DNA of 64,000 bases from the human T2T-CHM13v2.0 reference genome, Homo sapiens. The notes under the pieces are model-generated. The model made no database searches and had not been told where the DNA came from. It saw only the letters and a list, made by a program, of their open reading frames with translations. The stretch lies in assembly GCF_009914755.1 (NCBI RefSeq), contig NC_060927.1; one strand, given 5' to 3'. Of the stretch, positions 59,705-64,000 are shown piece by piece. How positions within the stretch are numbered: position 1 is the stretch's first letter; every line of letters begins with the position of its first letter. The position numbers were made by a program, and so were the translations under genes.

Positions 59705-61069
59705 GTATGTAGTTTTCTTATAATGCCTTTGTCTATTTTCGGTATTAGAATAATGCTGGCCTCAGAAAATGAATTGGGAATTATTCTTCTGGAAATGATT
59801 GTATAAGACTGACTATCTCTTAAATGTTTAATAGACTTTATCACTGAAGCCATGTGAGCCTGAACTTTCCACTGTATGATGATTTTAAATTATGAATTCA
59901 ATTTCCTTTATAAACATCAGTTTATTCAGATTTTTATTTTTTCTTGTTTTAGTGTTAGTAATTTGGATATTTTGAAGATTTTGTCCATTTCACCTAAATT
60001 GTTGAATTGACTGGCATACAATTGTTTGTAATACTCTTTTATTGTCCTTTTATTGTTTCTATAATCTGTAGTGGTATCCCTACTTTTGTTTTTGCATTGG
60101 TAATTCATTTCTTTTCAATGTTTTTTTCCTATTATTATATTTTTTTGCTCTCTTATTATTTTCTTCCCTTTACTTATTTTGAGTTGACTTTTCTCTTTTT
60201 TTTTTCTTCTAATGTATTTAGGTAGACACTTAGATCATTGGCATTATCTCATGCTTTTTCTAATGTGACCATTTAAAACTCTAAGTTTCTGTTTAAGCAC
60301 TTGTTTAGTTGCATTGGCACATTTCAATATGTTGTTTCCATTTTAATTTAGTTCAAAAGATTTTAAAATTTCCCTTGAGATTTCTTTTTTAACCCATGGG
60401 TTACTAGTAAAAGTAAAAATATTTATTCGTTGTGAAAAGAAACCAGAGTATACTTGACCCATGAGCTATTAGAAGTGTATTGTTTACTTTACAAATGTTT
60501 TGGAAATTTTAGGAATCTTTCTGTTATTGATTTATAATTTAATTCTGTTGTTGTCAGAGAACATATATTTGCATTACTTGAATTATGTTAAGACTTGTTT
60601 TATGTCCCAGAAGCTGGTTTTCCTTAGTCAACTGTCTAGTTGCATTTGAAAAGAATGTATATTCTGCTGTCACTGGGTGGAGTGTACTATAAATGTCAAT
60701 TATATTGATTTTCTATTACTTGTTCTATTAATTACTGAGAGGATGGTTGAAATCTCCAACTATAATTGTGAATTTGTCTATTTCTATTTGCAGTTATATC
60801 TGTTCTTGCTTCTCGTACTTTGAAGCATTGTTAGTATATGTATACACGTAGGTTGTTATGTCTCCTCAATAAATTGACCTTTTTATTATTATGAACTATT
60901 CTTTATCACAGGTACGAAAGTCTACTTTGTCTGTTATTAATTCAGCTCCTTCCTCTTTTTTATACTTAGTACTTGAATAATATATCTTTTCAAACCTTTT
61001 AACTTTAATCTATCTTTGAATCTACATTTAAAGTGGTTTTCTTGCAGACAGCATAATGTAGTGTCTTGC

Positions 61070-64000
<2,931 letters not shown>

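Overview
Primate (human-like) non-coding genomic DNA, roughly half transposon-derived. It contains L1 of several ages, L2, MIR, nine Alus, ERVL-MaLR LTRs (THE1, MST, MLT1), an ERVL LTR, an HML-5-type LTR22 solo LTR, and MER2/MER5A/MER58A DNA-transposon relics. I cannot support any protein-coding gene: the long ORFs are repeat-derived or unrecognisable, and I cannot name the locus. Family and subfamily names come from remembered consensus sequences and need Dfam/RepeatMasker confirmation; boundaries of old elements are approximate. The most striking structure is a shattered L1/THE1 composite at 1-4590, with a 2-kb inversion, a 6-bp breakpoint duplication, two internal deletions and a relocated, partly duplicated THE1 piece. 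Eight of nine LTR elements and the long L1s lie on the minus strand, which suggests an intron of a plus-strand transcription unit. Several splice-signal-flanked exon candidates occur on both strands, and a repeat-poor island at about 13.3-18.1 kb carries a dense TAATTA homeodomain-site cluster. I found no convincing novel multi-gene system; all regulatory and exon calls are hypotheses.
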